A stretch of DNA of 64,000 nucleotides from an uncultured cyanobacterium (GTDB lineage: Bacteria > Cyanobacteriota > Cyanobacteriia > Cyanobacteriales > CAWCAG01), in assembly GCA_963793425.1 (NCBI GenBank), contig CAWCAG010000005.1, positions 704,001 through 768,000 of the forward strand, in the 5' to 3' direction. The notes beneath the pieces were generated by a model that ran no database searches, was not told the DNA's origin, and saw nothing but the letters and a program-made list of their open reading frames with translations. The position numbers were made by a program, and so were the translations under genes. Positions within the stretch are counted from its first letter, which is position 1, and every line of letters begins with the position of its first letter. Shown piece after piece: positions 1-10,071 of the stretch.

Positions 1-117
1 TCTTTTTTAGTAGATGTCTATAATATTTTAATCTTGATCTATGCCAAAAATAGGATGTCATTGATAATCCCCCTGCCTAAACTCAATTAGAGAAATCATT
101 GTCATCTACACAGGATT

Positions 118-471
118 ATGTTTAAAAAAGTCTCCTTAGTATTGTGTCTCGTTAATGGCATTATCTTTAGTAGTAATGCTGTTCAGGCTCAAGTCATAGA
201 ACCAATAATTCCCTTACCTTCTGATTCAGATGATTCAGATAACTCTATCCCAGTTATAGAATCAGAATCAGAAACTGAAATTGAGGAAGGTAAAGCTGTT
301 TTAACCCCAGCGGATTTACCTGCTGGTTTTCAAACTTTACCCCCAGAATTTGCCGAACAAATAACTAATCAATTCAAACTCCTTAGCCAACAATTAGGGC
401 AAGGAAATCTCCAACCAGAAGACTATTTTGTGTTAGTTAATCCTAATTTAGCCAACTTGCTAATAAGTTAG
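118..471 (+). CDS. Hypothetical secreted protein, probably truncated by an internal deletion
   Basis: Signal-peptide-like N-terminus ending AVQA, acidic linker, LTPADLPAGF motif. A protein-like tail (SQLANKLDERIL...) lies out of frame at 450-527. Confidence 0.55.
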   Translation: MFKKVSLVLCLVNGIIFSSNAVQAQVIEPIIPLPSDSDDSDNSIPVIESESETEIEEGKAVLTPADLPAGFQTLPPEFAEQITNQFKLLSQQLGQGNLQPEDYFVLVNPNLANLLIS

Positions 472-562
472 ATGAGCGCATCCTAGAGTCATCCTCACCA
501 ACTGAAACTATGCTCAACGACAACTGATAACTGTCAGTAGCGCTACCTAGCTAAAATTCTCT

Positions 563-624
563 GTTAGGGCGGGTTTATTTGGTTTAAGGTTAATCTTACA
601 ATCTGACTCAAAACCCGCCCCTAC
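563..624. repeat. REP-like inverted repeat (GTAG family)
   Basis: TAGGGCGGGTTT ... AAACCCGCCCCTAC inverted arms in intergenic DNA. Confidence 0.7.
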
Positions 625-731
625 TATTGCCTCATTTTAGGCGTGTCATGCTGCTGGGACTTGTCATTATGATTAGGCATCAACGACTCCCTTTGCTAGA
701 ATTTTAGAAACATTACTTAATAATTATTCCT

Positions 732-998
732 ATGGAGCCGAAAGTAGAAATCTACACTTGGAGTCGTTGTCCTTTTTGCATAAGAGCGAAGGGATTGTTA
801 GACAACAAAGGCATTCAGTACACAGAATATTGTATTGATGGCAAACCTGATGATAGGGAAGAAATGTCCCAAAGGGCTAACGGCCGTACTTCTGTACCAC
901 AAATCTTTATCAATGATGAACATATTGGCGGTTGTGATGATCTTTATGCTTTAGAATCAGCTAATAAGTTAGAGCCTTTGCTCGTTGGTAATGGCTAG
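732..998 (+). CDS. grxC: Glutaredoxin 3
   Basis: CPFC active site, SVPQIFI and GGCDD motifs; adjacent to gshB. Confidence 0.93.
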   Translation: MEPKVEIYTWSRCPFCIRAKGLLDNKGIQYTEYCIDGKPDDREEMSQRANGRTSVPQIFINDEHIGGCDDLYALESANKLEPLLVGNG

Positions 999-1035
999 TT
1001 GCTAATAGTTTTTCCCTCTATTCCCGATTTCCTGT

Positions 1036-1998
1036 ATGAAATTTGCTTTTATCATAGACCCTTTAACCAAGCTAGATCCTGGACATGATAGTAGTGTTGC
1101 CATGATGGAATCTGCCCAACAACTAGGACATGAGGTTTGGGTAACTCAAGGGGAAAAGCTAAGCGTGGTTGAGGGGAAAGCTTGGGGGCTTTTGGAAAAA
1201 GTGGAACTTACCCCGGTGGAATTAGTGGAGGGGCGTTGGGTTTCTGTGGTTGATTGGTATCATATTTCCCAAGGAAGATTTCTGGCTTTGGAAGAAATGG
1301 ATGCTGTGTTGATGCGAACAGATCCTCCTGTCACGATTCCTTACCTCTACACCACCCAAATTCTCGATTTAATTAATCCTGATAAAACCTTGGTTGTTAA
1401 CAAGCCAAGGGGGATACAAGCAGCCAATGAGAAGCTTTATGCTTTGAATTTTAGCTCAGTTATTCCGGAAACCATTGTTACCCAAGATAAACAAGTTATT
1501 AAAGATTTCGTGGCAGAAAAAGAAGCAGGAGTCCTTAAACCTTTAGCAGGAAAAGCGGGAGAAGGAATTTTATTTCTTGCTGATGGTGATCCCAACTTGA
1601 ATTCTTTAATTGAGATTAGTACCAAATGGGGAAAAGAGCCTGTGATGGTACAAGCCTATTTACCCGCTGCCAAAGAAGGAGATAAAAGAATTATTTTGCT
1701 GGATGGCAAACCCTTGGGGGCAGTTAACCGCATTCCCACCGGTAAAGAATTTCGCGGCAATATGGCTGTGGGGGGTAGGGTAGCAAAAGTGGAGATTACC
1801 CCCAGGGAAAAAGAAATTTGCGCGGCGGTTGCCCCGAAGTTAAAAGAGGATGGTTTATACTTCGTCGGTATTGATGTTATCGGCGGTTACTTAACCGAAG
1901 TCAATGTCACCAGCCCTACAGGTATCCGAGAAATTGATCGCCTCAATAACGTTAGTTTGGGGAAAGAAGTAATTCAATGGCTAGAAAATCGTTGTTAA
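1036..1998 (+). CDS. gshB: Glutathione synthetase
   Basis: MRTDPP, NEKL, GDKRI, FRGNMAVGG and EVNVTSPTG motifs. Confidence 0.96.
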   Translation: MKFAFIIDPLTKLDPGHDSSVAMMESAQQLGHEVWVTQGEKLSVVEGKAWGLLEKVELTPVELVEGRWVSVVDWYHISQGRFLALEEMDAVLMRTDPPVTIPYLYTTQILDLINPDKTLVVNKPRGIQAANEKLYALNFSSVIPETIVTQDKQVIKDFVAEKEAGVLKPLAGKAGEGILFLADGDPNLNSLIEISTKWGKEPVMVQAYLPAAKEGDKRIILLDGKPLGAVNRIPTGKEFRGNMAVGGRVAKVEITPREKEICAAVAPKLKEDGLYFVGIDVIGGYLTEVNVTSPTGIREIDRLNNVSLGKEVIQWLENRC

Positions 1999-2258
1999 TT
2001 GATGATTGCAGCACATCTTTTTGTAACAAGTTAAGCTAAAGGGCAAGATAATCCGTAAAAATTTAGTATTGTTTTTACTGCTCAGGAAAAAAATTGCATC
2101 TCCCTTCCCGATTGACTATTAGCTTTTGAAAATAGCCTAAAAGTTTTAATTCTGCGTTCAGATTTTAAAGATGAATTGCTATATAAACTAAATGTCTTGA
2201 TAATAAATGTTAAACATTAAATGATTAATGACATAACTTGTGTGAGGAGATGAACTAA

Positions 2259-4952
2259 GTGCCAAAGGCAAGGGGAATAGTAGGGGCAAGAAGACTCTTG
2301 GTCTTAACTGCGATTATTTGCAACTTAATGCCTACCGTTGCGAAAGCAGAATTAGGCAGACTAGGTGTAATTAAGAGTGGAGATAATGCCGGACAATGGA
2401 CAGGTATCAATAGTCGTCTTCAAACTACTGGGGTTGATTACTGCATTATTGAGCAGGATAACTGGCAAGATAGCAGTGATTTAGCCGGGATTAAAGCTCT
2501 TTTTGTCCCTAACATCGAAACCTTGAGCGCTACTCAAGTTACGGCTCTTCAGAAATGGCTCGAAAGTGGAGGCAAAGTTGTGGTCAGCGGTCCTACTGGT
2601 AGCCTTTCACAGCCCCAAGTCCGTACTAAATTGCGATCGCTGTTGGGAGCTTATTGGGGTTTTTCTCTCTCCTCACCCGCCACCTTAGACCCCTTGCAAG
2701 TGAAGCAGAATCAATGGTTGGGGCGCAGAGACTTAGCTGGTACTATTCGAGGGGGAGTAGTTATTCCTTCCGGGGCTAATAGTACCACCGCAGCGGTTTG
2801 GGTTGCTGATGAAACTCGTCCTGCGGTGGTTGTTACAGATCGCTCTACATTCTTTGGTTGGCGCTGGGGGGTCGATACTGCCTCTGATGCTGATTTAGAC
2901 CAAGCTTGGTTAGAAGCAGCCTTGAGTCGCTACGGACAGTTTGCCTCGGCAAGGGAGGCTGAGCCGGAATTTTGTAATTCTACTACAGCGAGTGAAGGTA
3001 ATTCTGACCGTTGGTTAGAAGCGAGGCCTCCTTCTTCTCCAACAAATGTTCCCACTGTTCCTACTTCACCGAATGTAAACAGGCCATCAGCCCCAGTCTT
3101 GCCGCCTCGTCGCCCTTCTCCTACCAACAATTCAGGGGCGATAACTCCTCAGCGAATTCGGAGTATGGAGCGAGAATTGGTTGGTTTGATTGGTCGCTTT
3201 GAAAGTGCTTTGCTAGCTGCTGATGCAATTAATAGCAACATCAACTCACCTATTATTCAAACTATTGAGCGCTATACTAACACAGCTAATAAAAGCGGTG
3301 TAGGGGAGACGGGGAGAGGGGGAGAGACATTGATTTCGGGAAATAGTGTCGCTCAAAATAGTAACTTAACTACTCCTGGACATAAAGCTTTGGCTGAGGC
3401 GAGAAAAGGGCTGCAAAGCTTCCTTAGTTATGCAAAGCAGGGTAAATATGATTTGGCCCAAAGAGCTTGGCAACAAGCCCGCAACCAATTGTGGAATAAT
3501 TATCCCACAGATCGTAAGTTAGCCGGTGCAGAAATCCGGGCTATTTGGTTAGACCGAGGAACCATTGTCAAGACTCGCTCTGAAGACGATTTAGCGAAGA
3601 TTTTTGACCGCCTTGCTGCTGCGGGTATTAACACTGTCTTTTTTGAAACTGTTAATGCCAGCTATCCTATCTATCCTAGTAAGGTTGCCCCGGAACAAAA
3701 CCCTTTGGTTAGGGGCTGGGATCCTCTGAAAGCAGCGGTTAAGCTAGCCCATGAGCGGGGGATGGAACTTCACGCTTGGGTGTGGATTTTTGCGGCTGCA
3801 AACCAAAGGCACAATGCCATACTCAATCAACCAGCAGAGTACCTTGGCCCTGTGTTATCCCGACATCCTACCTGGGCTGGTACAGATCGTCAAGGACAAC
3901 CTTTTCAACGCAACACCTACAAAGCCTTTTTTGATCCAGGCAATCCAGAGGTACGCACCTATCTATTATCTTTGCTCTCAGAAATTGCCACTAACTACAA
4001 CGTGGATGGGGTTCAATTAGATTACATCCGCTATCCTTTCCAAGATCCGCAAACAGAGTTGCTCTATGGTTATGGGGTGGCTTCTCGCAAAGAATTTTCT
4101 CGAATGACAGGGACTGATCCGGTGCAAATCAGTCCGAAAGATACGGCTCAATGGGCAAGGTGGAATCTCTTTCGAGTGCAGCAAGTAGATAACTTTGTGG
4201 CTGCAGCAGCCGAAATGCTACGGGAGAAGAAGCCTAATTTAACTATATCAGCAGCAGTGTTTCCTATAGAAAGGAAAGAGCGCTTAGACAAAATTCAGCA
4301 AAACTGGGAAGTTTGGGCAGAAAAAGGTCACATTGACCTAATGATGGCTATGAGTTATGCAGACAAAACCGATGATTTAGAAGACATTACCGAGCTTTTA
4401 TTCCGCTACACTCCGAAAAGTTCTACCCTACTCATACCAAGTATTCGCTTGTTAGGTTTACCCGAAGAAGTAGCGGCAGATCAAATGCAATTATTGCGTA
4501 ACTCTCCAACTACGGGCTACGGCTTATTTGCAGCAGAAAACCTGGATTCTAGCTTTGCAAATATTCTCAGACTAACTCAAGGTGGTGCAACAAGTAAAGC
4601 TGAACCTATCCCTCACCGCAAACCCTTTGAGGCAGCTATGTACCGTTATCAAAGTTTGCAGTTACAATGGAATTTTCTTCTTTCCCGCAATCAATTGGCG
4701 ATGGATGAAGAAGCGATGAAGGAATGGGCAACCCAGGCAGATAGTTTAACTCTAGCCCTGCAAGCCCTAGCAGAAGATTCTTCACGCTCAAATTTGCTCT
4801 CAGCGAAAGCAAATTTAGCCGCATTTCGGGGTTTGTTTCGTAATTGGATGAAGCAAGAAGTTGGCACGAACCCTTATCAAGTGCAGGTTTGGGAAAATAG
4901 TTTAGCTACAGTGGAAGGGTTGTTGTTGTACGGGGAGAGAGTGGGAGAGTAG
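2259..4952 (+). CDS. GHL10/DUF187-family glycoside hydrolase-like protein with N-terminal extension
   Basis: EIRAIWLDR, GINTVFFET, GMELHAWVW and VDGVQLDYIRYP motifs; signal-like N-terminus; Pro-rich linker. Confidence 0.85.
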   Translation: MPKARGIVGARRLLVLTAIICNLMPTVAKAELGRLGVIKSGDNAGQWTGINSRLQTTGVDYCIIEQDNWQDSSDLAGIKALFVPNIETLSATQVTALQKWLESGGKVVVSGPTGSLSQPQVRTKLRSLLGAYWGFSLSSPATLDPLQVKQNQWLGRRDLAGTIRGGVVIPSGANSTTAAVWVADETRPAVVVTDRSTFFGWRWGVDTASDADLDQAWLEAALSRYGQFASAREAEPEFCNSTTASEGNSDRWLEARPPSSPTNVPTVPTSPNVNRPSAPVLPPRRPSPTNNSGAITPQRIRSMERELVGLIGRFESALLAADAINSNINSPIIQTIERYTNTANKSGVGETGRGGETLISGNSVAQNSNLTTPGHKALAEARKGLQSFLSYAKQGKYDLAQRAWQQARNQLWNNYPTDRKLAGAEIRAIWLDRGTIVKTRSEDDLAKIFDRLAAAGINTVFFETVNASYPIYPSKVAPEQNPLVRGWDPLKAAVKLAHERGMELHAWVWIFAAANQRHNAILNQPAEYLGPVLSRHPTWAGTDRQGQPFQRNTYKAFFDPGNPEVRTYLLSLLSEIATNYNVDGVQLDYIRYPFQDPQTELLYGYGVASRKEFSRMTGTDPVQISPKDTAQWARWNLFRVQQVDNFVAAAAEMLREKKPNLTISAAVFPIERKERLDKIQQNWEVWAEKGHIDLMMAMSYADKTDDLEDITELLFRYTPKSSTLLIPSIRLLGLPEEVAADQMQLLRNSPTTGYGLFAAENLDSSFANILRLTQGGATSKAEPIPHRKPFEAAMYRYQSLQLQWNFLLSRNQLAMDEEAMKEWATQADSLTLALQALAEDSSRSNLLSAKANLAAFRGLFRNWMKQEVGTNPYQVQVWENSLATVEGLLLYGERVGE

Positions 4953-5021
4953 GAGACGGGGAGCTAGGGGGTAAGGGAAAGAAGTCGAGGGGAGGGTTTT
5001 TGTCGTTTCTTATCTGTAGTT

Positions 5022-5150
5022 CGTAGGGTGTCGTTAGCTGCAAGCGTAACGCACCATCTTGAAGTAAAAAAGCGAAGACGGTGCGTTAAGCGCTGAATCA
5101 AGATTGTGGTAGACTTGCCATAATTTTTCGCAGCGCCAACACACCCTACG
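5022..5150. repeat. REP doublet (REPIN-like), GTAG family
   Basis: Outer inverted repeat CGTAGGGTGT/ACACCCTACG and inner inverted repeat TAACGCACC/GGTGCGTTA. Confidence 0.8.
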
Positions 5151-5354
5151 TTGTAGAATCTAACCACAGGGGTTTGACAGATTGGACTTTTACTTAACTT
5201 GTTATCAATGCCTATTACTTTGTTCCCAATAGGTAATCTAAATGTCTGACAGCTTACTCAAGTATTTGTATACGCTATATACTTACAGGTATTTCTTTGG
5301 TTATAATAATTTAGGGTGAGGCACAATAAAAATACTGAGTCAATAACCAAGATT

Positions 5355-8300
5355 ATGCTCATAGAATCTATTATCAGCGCCCTAACAAGTCTGGTTAATC
5401 CCAGTGAAATACTCAAGGATGAACTGAAGCGTAGTGAGACAGTTATTAAACTCCTCAAAAAGTTTAATCTTGATCCTGAACAACCTGCTAAGGAGTTTGC
5501 AGTGGTTTATGGCTATGCTTTGGTGGAGTATGGGGTGGGAAAACCGTCAACTATTTTGAATGTTTTTCGGCAACAGGAAGTTAAGAAAGCCTTTAAACAA
5601 GCTTTTGATAGTAATCAACCTCCTCTATTGTTTCAGGAAGTGGAAGAGTTTTTGACTGGGCATTCCTTGGGGCAGCAATTGATAGCCGAGAATCTTGATT
5701 GGCAACGGGAATTGGCTGAGTTTGTAGGTATCTTTTTAACCGTAGCGAAGCGAACTCGTACCCCGGCAGAAGTATTAGCTAATCAGCAATTGGGTTCTCT
5801 ACATAAAAAACTGACTCAATTACAACAAACTTTAGCCAGTTTGCCGACAACGGAGAGTGTACAAGCAGCAATTACGCAATTAATCACTCAAAGCAACCTG
5901 GCATTGCCAGCCGCATCAAGGCATTGTCAAGCTGTTGAGTTGGGGCAGCAACTGTTAGATTGGTTTGAGACTTTGGGTTATGGGTTTGAAGGTTATGAGG
6001 TTTGGGAAGAGGAATATTTTGCGACGATTATTAATGTTCGGGCTTGGCGCAAAAACTATCGTCGCATTTTGGTGATGGGTATTGCGGGAGAAGCAGGGAT
6101 TAGAGACGTGAATGCTTTGCAGGCTGCTGTAACTCAACAAAATACTCAAGACGGTTGGCTAGTTTCTGCGAGAAGAGTTAGTCAAGCAGCACGTAAAGAG
6201 GTGGAGAAGGAGGAAAACAATCACTTAACTTGTTGTACTTTTGATGAATTATTAGATGAAGATGCAAATTTCACTGCTTATTTAGATTGGTTAGCAGAAG
6301 AAGTACAACGGCGTAGCATTGACCGTTTTTATGTGCCTTTAGGTTGCACGAAAGAAGAGATTGATCCTGAATCTAAACAGAGATTGGGAGTTAGTTGCTA
6401 CGGCGAAGAAGATGGTTGGATTGAGGGTTATGTTGATTTGTGGTTAAGTGATCCGGCGAAAGAACACCTTTCAGTTTTAGGGGAGTTTGGTACAGGAAAA
6501 ACTTGGTTTGCTTTGCATTATGCTTGGGTAGCTTTGCAAAAGTATCAAACAGCGAAACAAAAAGGTTTGCCCCGTCCCCGTTTGCCTTTGGTTATTCCTT
6601 TGCGGGACTATGCTAACGCCTTGAAAGTCGAGTCTTTGTTTTCGGAGTTCTTTTTTCATAGATACGAGATTCCCCTCCCTAGTTACAGTGCCTTTGAACG
6701 ACTTAACCGCATGGGTAAGCTGCTGCTGATTTTTGATGGTTTTGATGAGATGGCGGCGAGGGTAGATAGGCAAGAAATGATTAACAATTTTTGGGAGTTG
6801 GCTAAAGTTGTGGTTCCCGGTGCGAAGGTTATTCTGACTTGTCGTACAGAACATTTTCCAGAAGCAAGACAGGGCAGGGCTTTGTTGAATGCAGAATTAC
6901 GTTCTTCTGTGGCGAATTTAACGGCAGAGTCTCCCCAATTTGAGGTTTTAGAATTAAATAAGTTCAATGACAAACAAATCCGTCAAGTCTTCTCTTTTCA
7001 GGCGCAACCGGCCACAGTAGAACAGATTATGGGCAACCAACAACTCCTGGATTTAGCCCGTCGCCCAGTGATGACAGATTTGATTTTAGAAGCGTTGCCG
7101 GATATTGAAAAGGGGAAACCTGTGGATATGTCCAGGGTTTATCTCTATGCAGTGCAACGGAAAATGGAACGGGATATTAAGGCGGAACGCACTTTTACAT
7201 CTTTGGCAGATAAGCTTTATTTCCTCTGTGAGTTGTCTTGGGAGATGCTTTCTACTGACCAAATGAGTTTGAATTATCGCCTCTTTCCTGACCGCATTAG
7301 GGAGTTGTTTGATATTAAGGTGCAAGAGGAGAAAGATTTAGATCATTGGCACTACGATATGATGGGGCAAACCATGTTGGTGCGTAATTCTGAGGGAAAT
7401 TATAGTCCCGCCCATCGTTCTTTGTTGGAGTTTTTTGTTGCTTATAAGTTAGCAGCAGAGTTGGGGGTTTTGGCAGAGGATTTTTTAGATGTGGTACAGC
7501 AGCAGTCTGATTTAGATAGAGAGGTTGCACCACAGAGTTATACTTGGTCTGAATATTTTAAGCGTCGGAGGAATAGTGAGGGGGAGATTGTTCCTATTGC
7601 AAGGTTAAGGGAATTTTGTTGTGAGTCTTTGGGGCGTTTGCGGGGAAGTTTAGGTTTGCAGCCTTTGGCTAAGGCGGTTTGGGATTTATTAGTGCCAATG
7701 GTGGATGAGGAGAAGGTTGGTAGGTTATTGGAGGTTGTGGAGGGGACGCGGGGGAAGACAGAAAAGGAGGTTGGTTATGTGGGAGGGAATGCAGCGACGC
7801 TTTTGGTTAAGGTTGATCCTTCTGGGTTGGAAGGTGAGGATGTGAGTGATTGTATAGTTTTAGGGGGAGATTTTGTCGGTGCAAACTTGCGTGATGTTAA
7901 TTTTGCTCAAGCAAATCTTGCTAATTCTATTTTTCCTCAAAACTTTGGTACTATTTTTGCAATAGTTTTTAGTCCTGATGGAAAGCTTTTAGCTACAGGT
8001 GATGCTAATTGCAATGTTGTTCTCTGGGAAGTAGCTACAGGTAAACAGAGTTGGCTTGGTCAAGGTCATACTGACTGGGTAAGATCAGTTACTTTTGACT
8101 TAACAGGAAAGATTATAGTTAGTGGTAGCTTCGACCATACTATCAAACTTTGGGATGTACATAGTGGAGAATGTTTAGCTACTTTCCGAGGTCATACTAG
8201 TCGAGTCCATTCAGTGGCTATTAGTCCTGATAATTACACCCTAGCTAGCAGTAGTCAAGATTGTACAATCAAGCTTTGGAATTTAGCTTCAGGTACTTGT

Positions 8301-9815
8301 CTGTATACTTTGCTAGGACATACTGAGGCAGTACGTTCATTAGCTTTTAGTCCTAATGGTCAACTTTTAGCTAGTGGTGATAGCAATCATCAAATCAAAC
8401 TTTGGCACTTACGAACTAGAGAATGCTGTCGAACTCTGCAAGGTCACAATCATTCAATCAAATCAGTTGTTTTTAGTCAAGATGGTAACATCCTGATTAG
8501 TGGAAGCGATGACCAAACAGTGAAACTATGGAATGTAGAGACTGGAGAATGTTTTCAGACTTTAGAAGGACATACTTTTTCAGTAAGATGCGTGACTATT
8601 AGTCCCAACGATACAACTATTGCTAGTGGAAGCTATGACAAAACAGTAAAATTATGGGATGTAAAGACAGGAGAATGTTTACACACTTTACAAGGACATA
8701 CGAATTGGGTTAGATGTGTTGCCATTAGTTCTGATAGTACAACTATTGCTAGTGGTGGTGATGACCAAAGTATCAGGTTATGGAATAGCAAGACTGGAGA
8801 ATGTTTACAAATTTTACAAGGTTATACAGGATCAGTTAGAGGAGTAGAAGTATGTCCGGATGGCAGAACAATTGTTAGTTGTAGTGAAGATAGTATTGTC
8901 AGAATTTGGGATTTCTTCTCTGGTAAGTGTCTGAAAACTTTACAGGGACATACCAGTCGTGTTAATGATTTAGCTATTACTCCAGATGGCAAAGTTATTG
9001 TTACTAGCAGCTATGATAAAACTATTAAGCTATGGAACAAACTAACAGGTGAGTGTTTACAAACTTTGCAAAGACACAATCGACCAGTTAGTTCTGTAGA
9101 CATTAGTTGTAACGGAAAACTATTAGTTAGTGGCAGTGCAGACAAAACTGTTAAGTTATGGGATTTAGCTACAGGAGAATGTTTAAAAACACTACAAGGA
9201 CATGATGATTGGGTTTGGTCAGTAGCTATAAGTCCTGATGGTGAGTACATTGTTAGTAGTAGTGGCGATCGCATAGTCAAAATTTGGGAAGTTTCTTCTG
9301 GGCAATGTCTAAGTACTTTACAGACAAATGTTACCTGTTTTAACTCAGTAGCAATTAATCAAGATGGGCAAACTTTAGTTATGGGGAATGATGATTATAC
9401 TGTAAGTGTTTGGAATTTTCGGACAGGTAAGTGCCTGAAGAATTTACAAGCTCATAATAAGATTGTAACTACAGTAACGTTTAGTCTTGATGGTCAATTT
9501 ATTGCTAGTGGCAGTGTTGATCGCACCATAAAATTATGGGATGTAGAGACAGGAAAATGTCTCAAAACTTTAACAGGACACACTAATTTAATACAATCAA
9601 TAGCGTTTAATGTTGATGGAAAAACTCTTATTAGCGGTAGCAATGACGAAACCATTAAAATCTGGGACATAGAAACAGGGCAATGTCTCAAAACCCTCAG
9701 CAACAAACCCTACGCCAACATGAACATCACCGGAGTTAAGGGACTAAGCACAGAAGAAATTAATTCTCTCAAAGCCTTGGGCGCTGTGGAAAAATTATAT
9801 ACCGCTACGGATTAA
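5355..9815 (+). CDS. NACHT NTPase with 14 WD40 repeats, pentapeptide segment and N-terminal Mrr-like domain (NLR-like STAND protein)
   Basis: Walker A GEFGTGKT, Walker B LLLIFDGFDE, ANLRDVNFAQANL pentapeptides, 14 GH...W repeats of 42 aa. ATG at 5355 preferred to GTG at 5316. Confidence 0.9.
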   Translation: MLIESIISALTSLVNPSEILKDELKRSETVIKLLKKFNLDPEQPAKEFAVVYGYALVEYGVGKPSTILNVFRQQEVKKAFKQAFDSNQPPLLFQEVEEFLTGHSLGQQLIAENLDWQRELAEFVGIFLTVAKRTRTPAEVLANQQLGSLHKKLTQLQQTLASLPTTESVQAAITQLITQSNLALPAASRHCQAVELGQQLLDWFETLGYGFEGYEVWEEEYFATIINVRAWRKNYRRILVMGIAGEAGIRDVNALQAAVTQQNTQDGWLVSARRVSQAARKEVEKEENNHLTCCTFDELLDEDANFTAYLDWLAEEVQRRSIDRFYVPLGCTKEEIDPESKQRLGVSCYGEEDGWIEGYVDLWLSDPAKEHLSVLGEFGTGKTWFALHYAWVALQKYQTAKQKGLPRPRLPLVIPLRDYANALKVESLFSEFFFHRYEIPLPSYSAFERLNRMGKLLLIFDGFDEMAARVDRQEMINNFWELAKVVVPGAKVILTCRTEHFPEARQGRALLNAELRSSVANLTAESPQFEVLELNKFNDKQIRQVFSFQAQPATVEQIMGNQQLLDLARRPVMTDLILEALPDIEKGKPVDMSRVYLYAVQRKMERDIKAERTFTSLADKLYFLCELSWEMLSTDQMSLNYRLFPDRIRELFDIKVQEEKDLDHWHYDMMGQTMLVRNSEGNYSPAHRSLLEFFVAYKLAAELGVLAEDFLDVVQQQSDLDREVAPQSYTWSEYFKRRRNSEGEIVPIARLREFCCESLGRLRGSLGLQPLAKAVWDLLVPMVDEEKVGRLLEVVEGTRGKTEKEVGYVGGNAATLLVKVDPSGLEGEDVSDCIVLGGDFVGANLRDVNFAQANLANSIFPQNFGTIFAIVFSPDGKLLATGDANCNVVLWEVATGKQSWLGQGHTDWVRSVTFDLTGKIIVSGSFDHTIKLWDVHSGECLATFRGHTSRVHSVAISPDNYTLASSSQDCTIKLWNLASGTCLYTLLGHTEAVRSLAFSPNGQLLASGDSNHQIKLWHLRTRECCRTLQGHNHSIKSVVFSQDGNILISGSDDQTVKLWNVETGECFQTLEGHTFSVRCVTISPNDTTIASGSYDKTVKLWDVKTGECLHTLQGHTNWVRCVAISSDSTTIASGGDDQSIRLWNSKTGECLQILQGYTGSVRGVEVCPDGRTIVSCSEDSIVRIWDFFSGKCLKTLQGHTSRVNDLAITPDGKVIVTSSYDKTIKLWNKLTGECLQTLQRHNRPVSSVDISCNGKLLVSGSADKTVKLWDLATGECLKTLQGHDDWVWSVAISPDGEYIVSSSGDRIVKIWEVSSGQCLSTLQTNVTCFNSVAINQDGQTLVMGNDDYTVSVWNFRTGKCLKNLQAHNKIVTTVTFSLDGQFIASGSVDRTIKLWDVETGKCLKTLTGHTNLIQSIAFNVDGKTLISGSNDETIKIWDIETGQCLKTLSNKPYANMNITGVKGLSTEEINSLKALGAVEKLYTATD

Positions 9816-9967
9816 AATCCCTAGCTAACAGCTAAACTCATCTCAAGATGACTCGGAATCCTTGTATTTTCAATCAGAAAAACTCCCTGCTATTTCCCTA
9901 TCTCTCATCGTTGGTTAGTTATCTTCAGATAACTTTGGCTGTTAGCCTGAAATTTATTTCTAGGCGG
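9802..9967. repeat. REP/MITE-like inverted-repeat element overlapping the NACHT stop codon
   Basis: Imperfect arms GCTAACAGCTAAACTCATCTCAAGATGACT and AGTTATCTTCAGATAACTTTGGCTGTTAGC, bounded by CCGC...GCGG. Confidence 0.7.
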
Positions 9968-10071
9968 GATTGATGACCTTCTTGAATTGGATATCTCAGA
10001 AGTCTTGCCCTATCTAGCTTAGATGCAATAAAAGCTATTATAAAAGATAAATGTTTAATGTTTAATGATCA

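Noticed and set aside
4964..5167. 67-aa minus-strand ORF
   Set aside because: It is a translation of the REP doublet and STRR sequence.
7950..9700. WD40 repeats as a possible DGR target or DNA repeat array
   Set aside because: The repeats are diverged at the DNA level; no reverse transcriptase or adenine-specific template/variable pair is visible.
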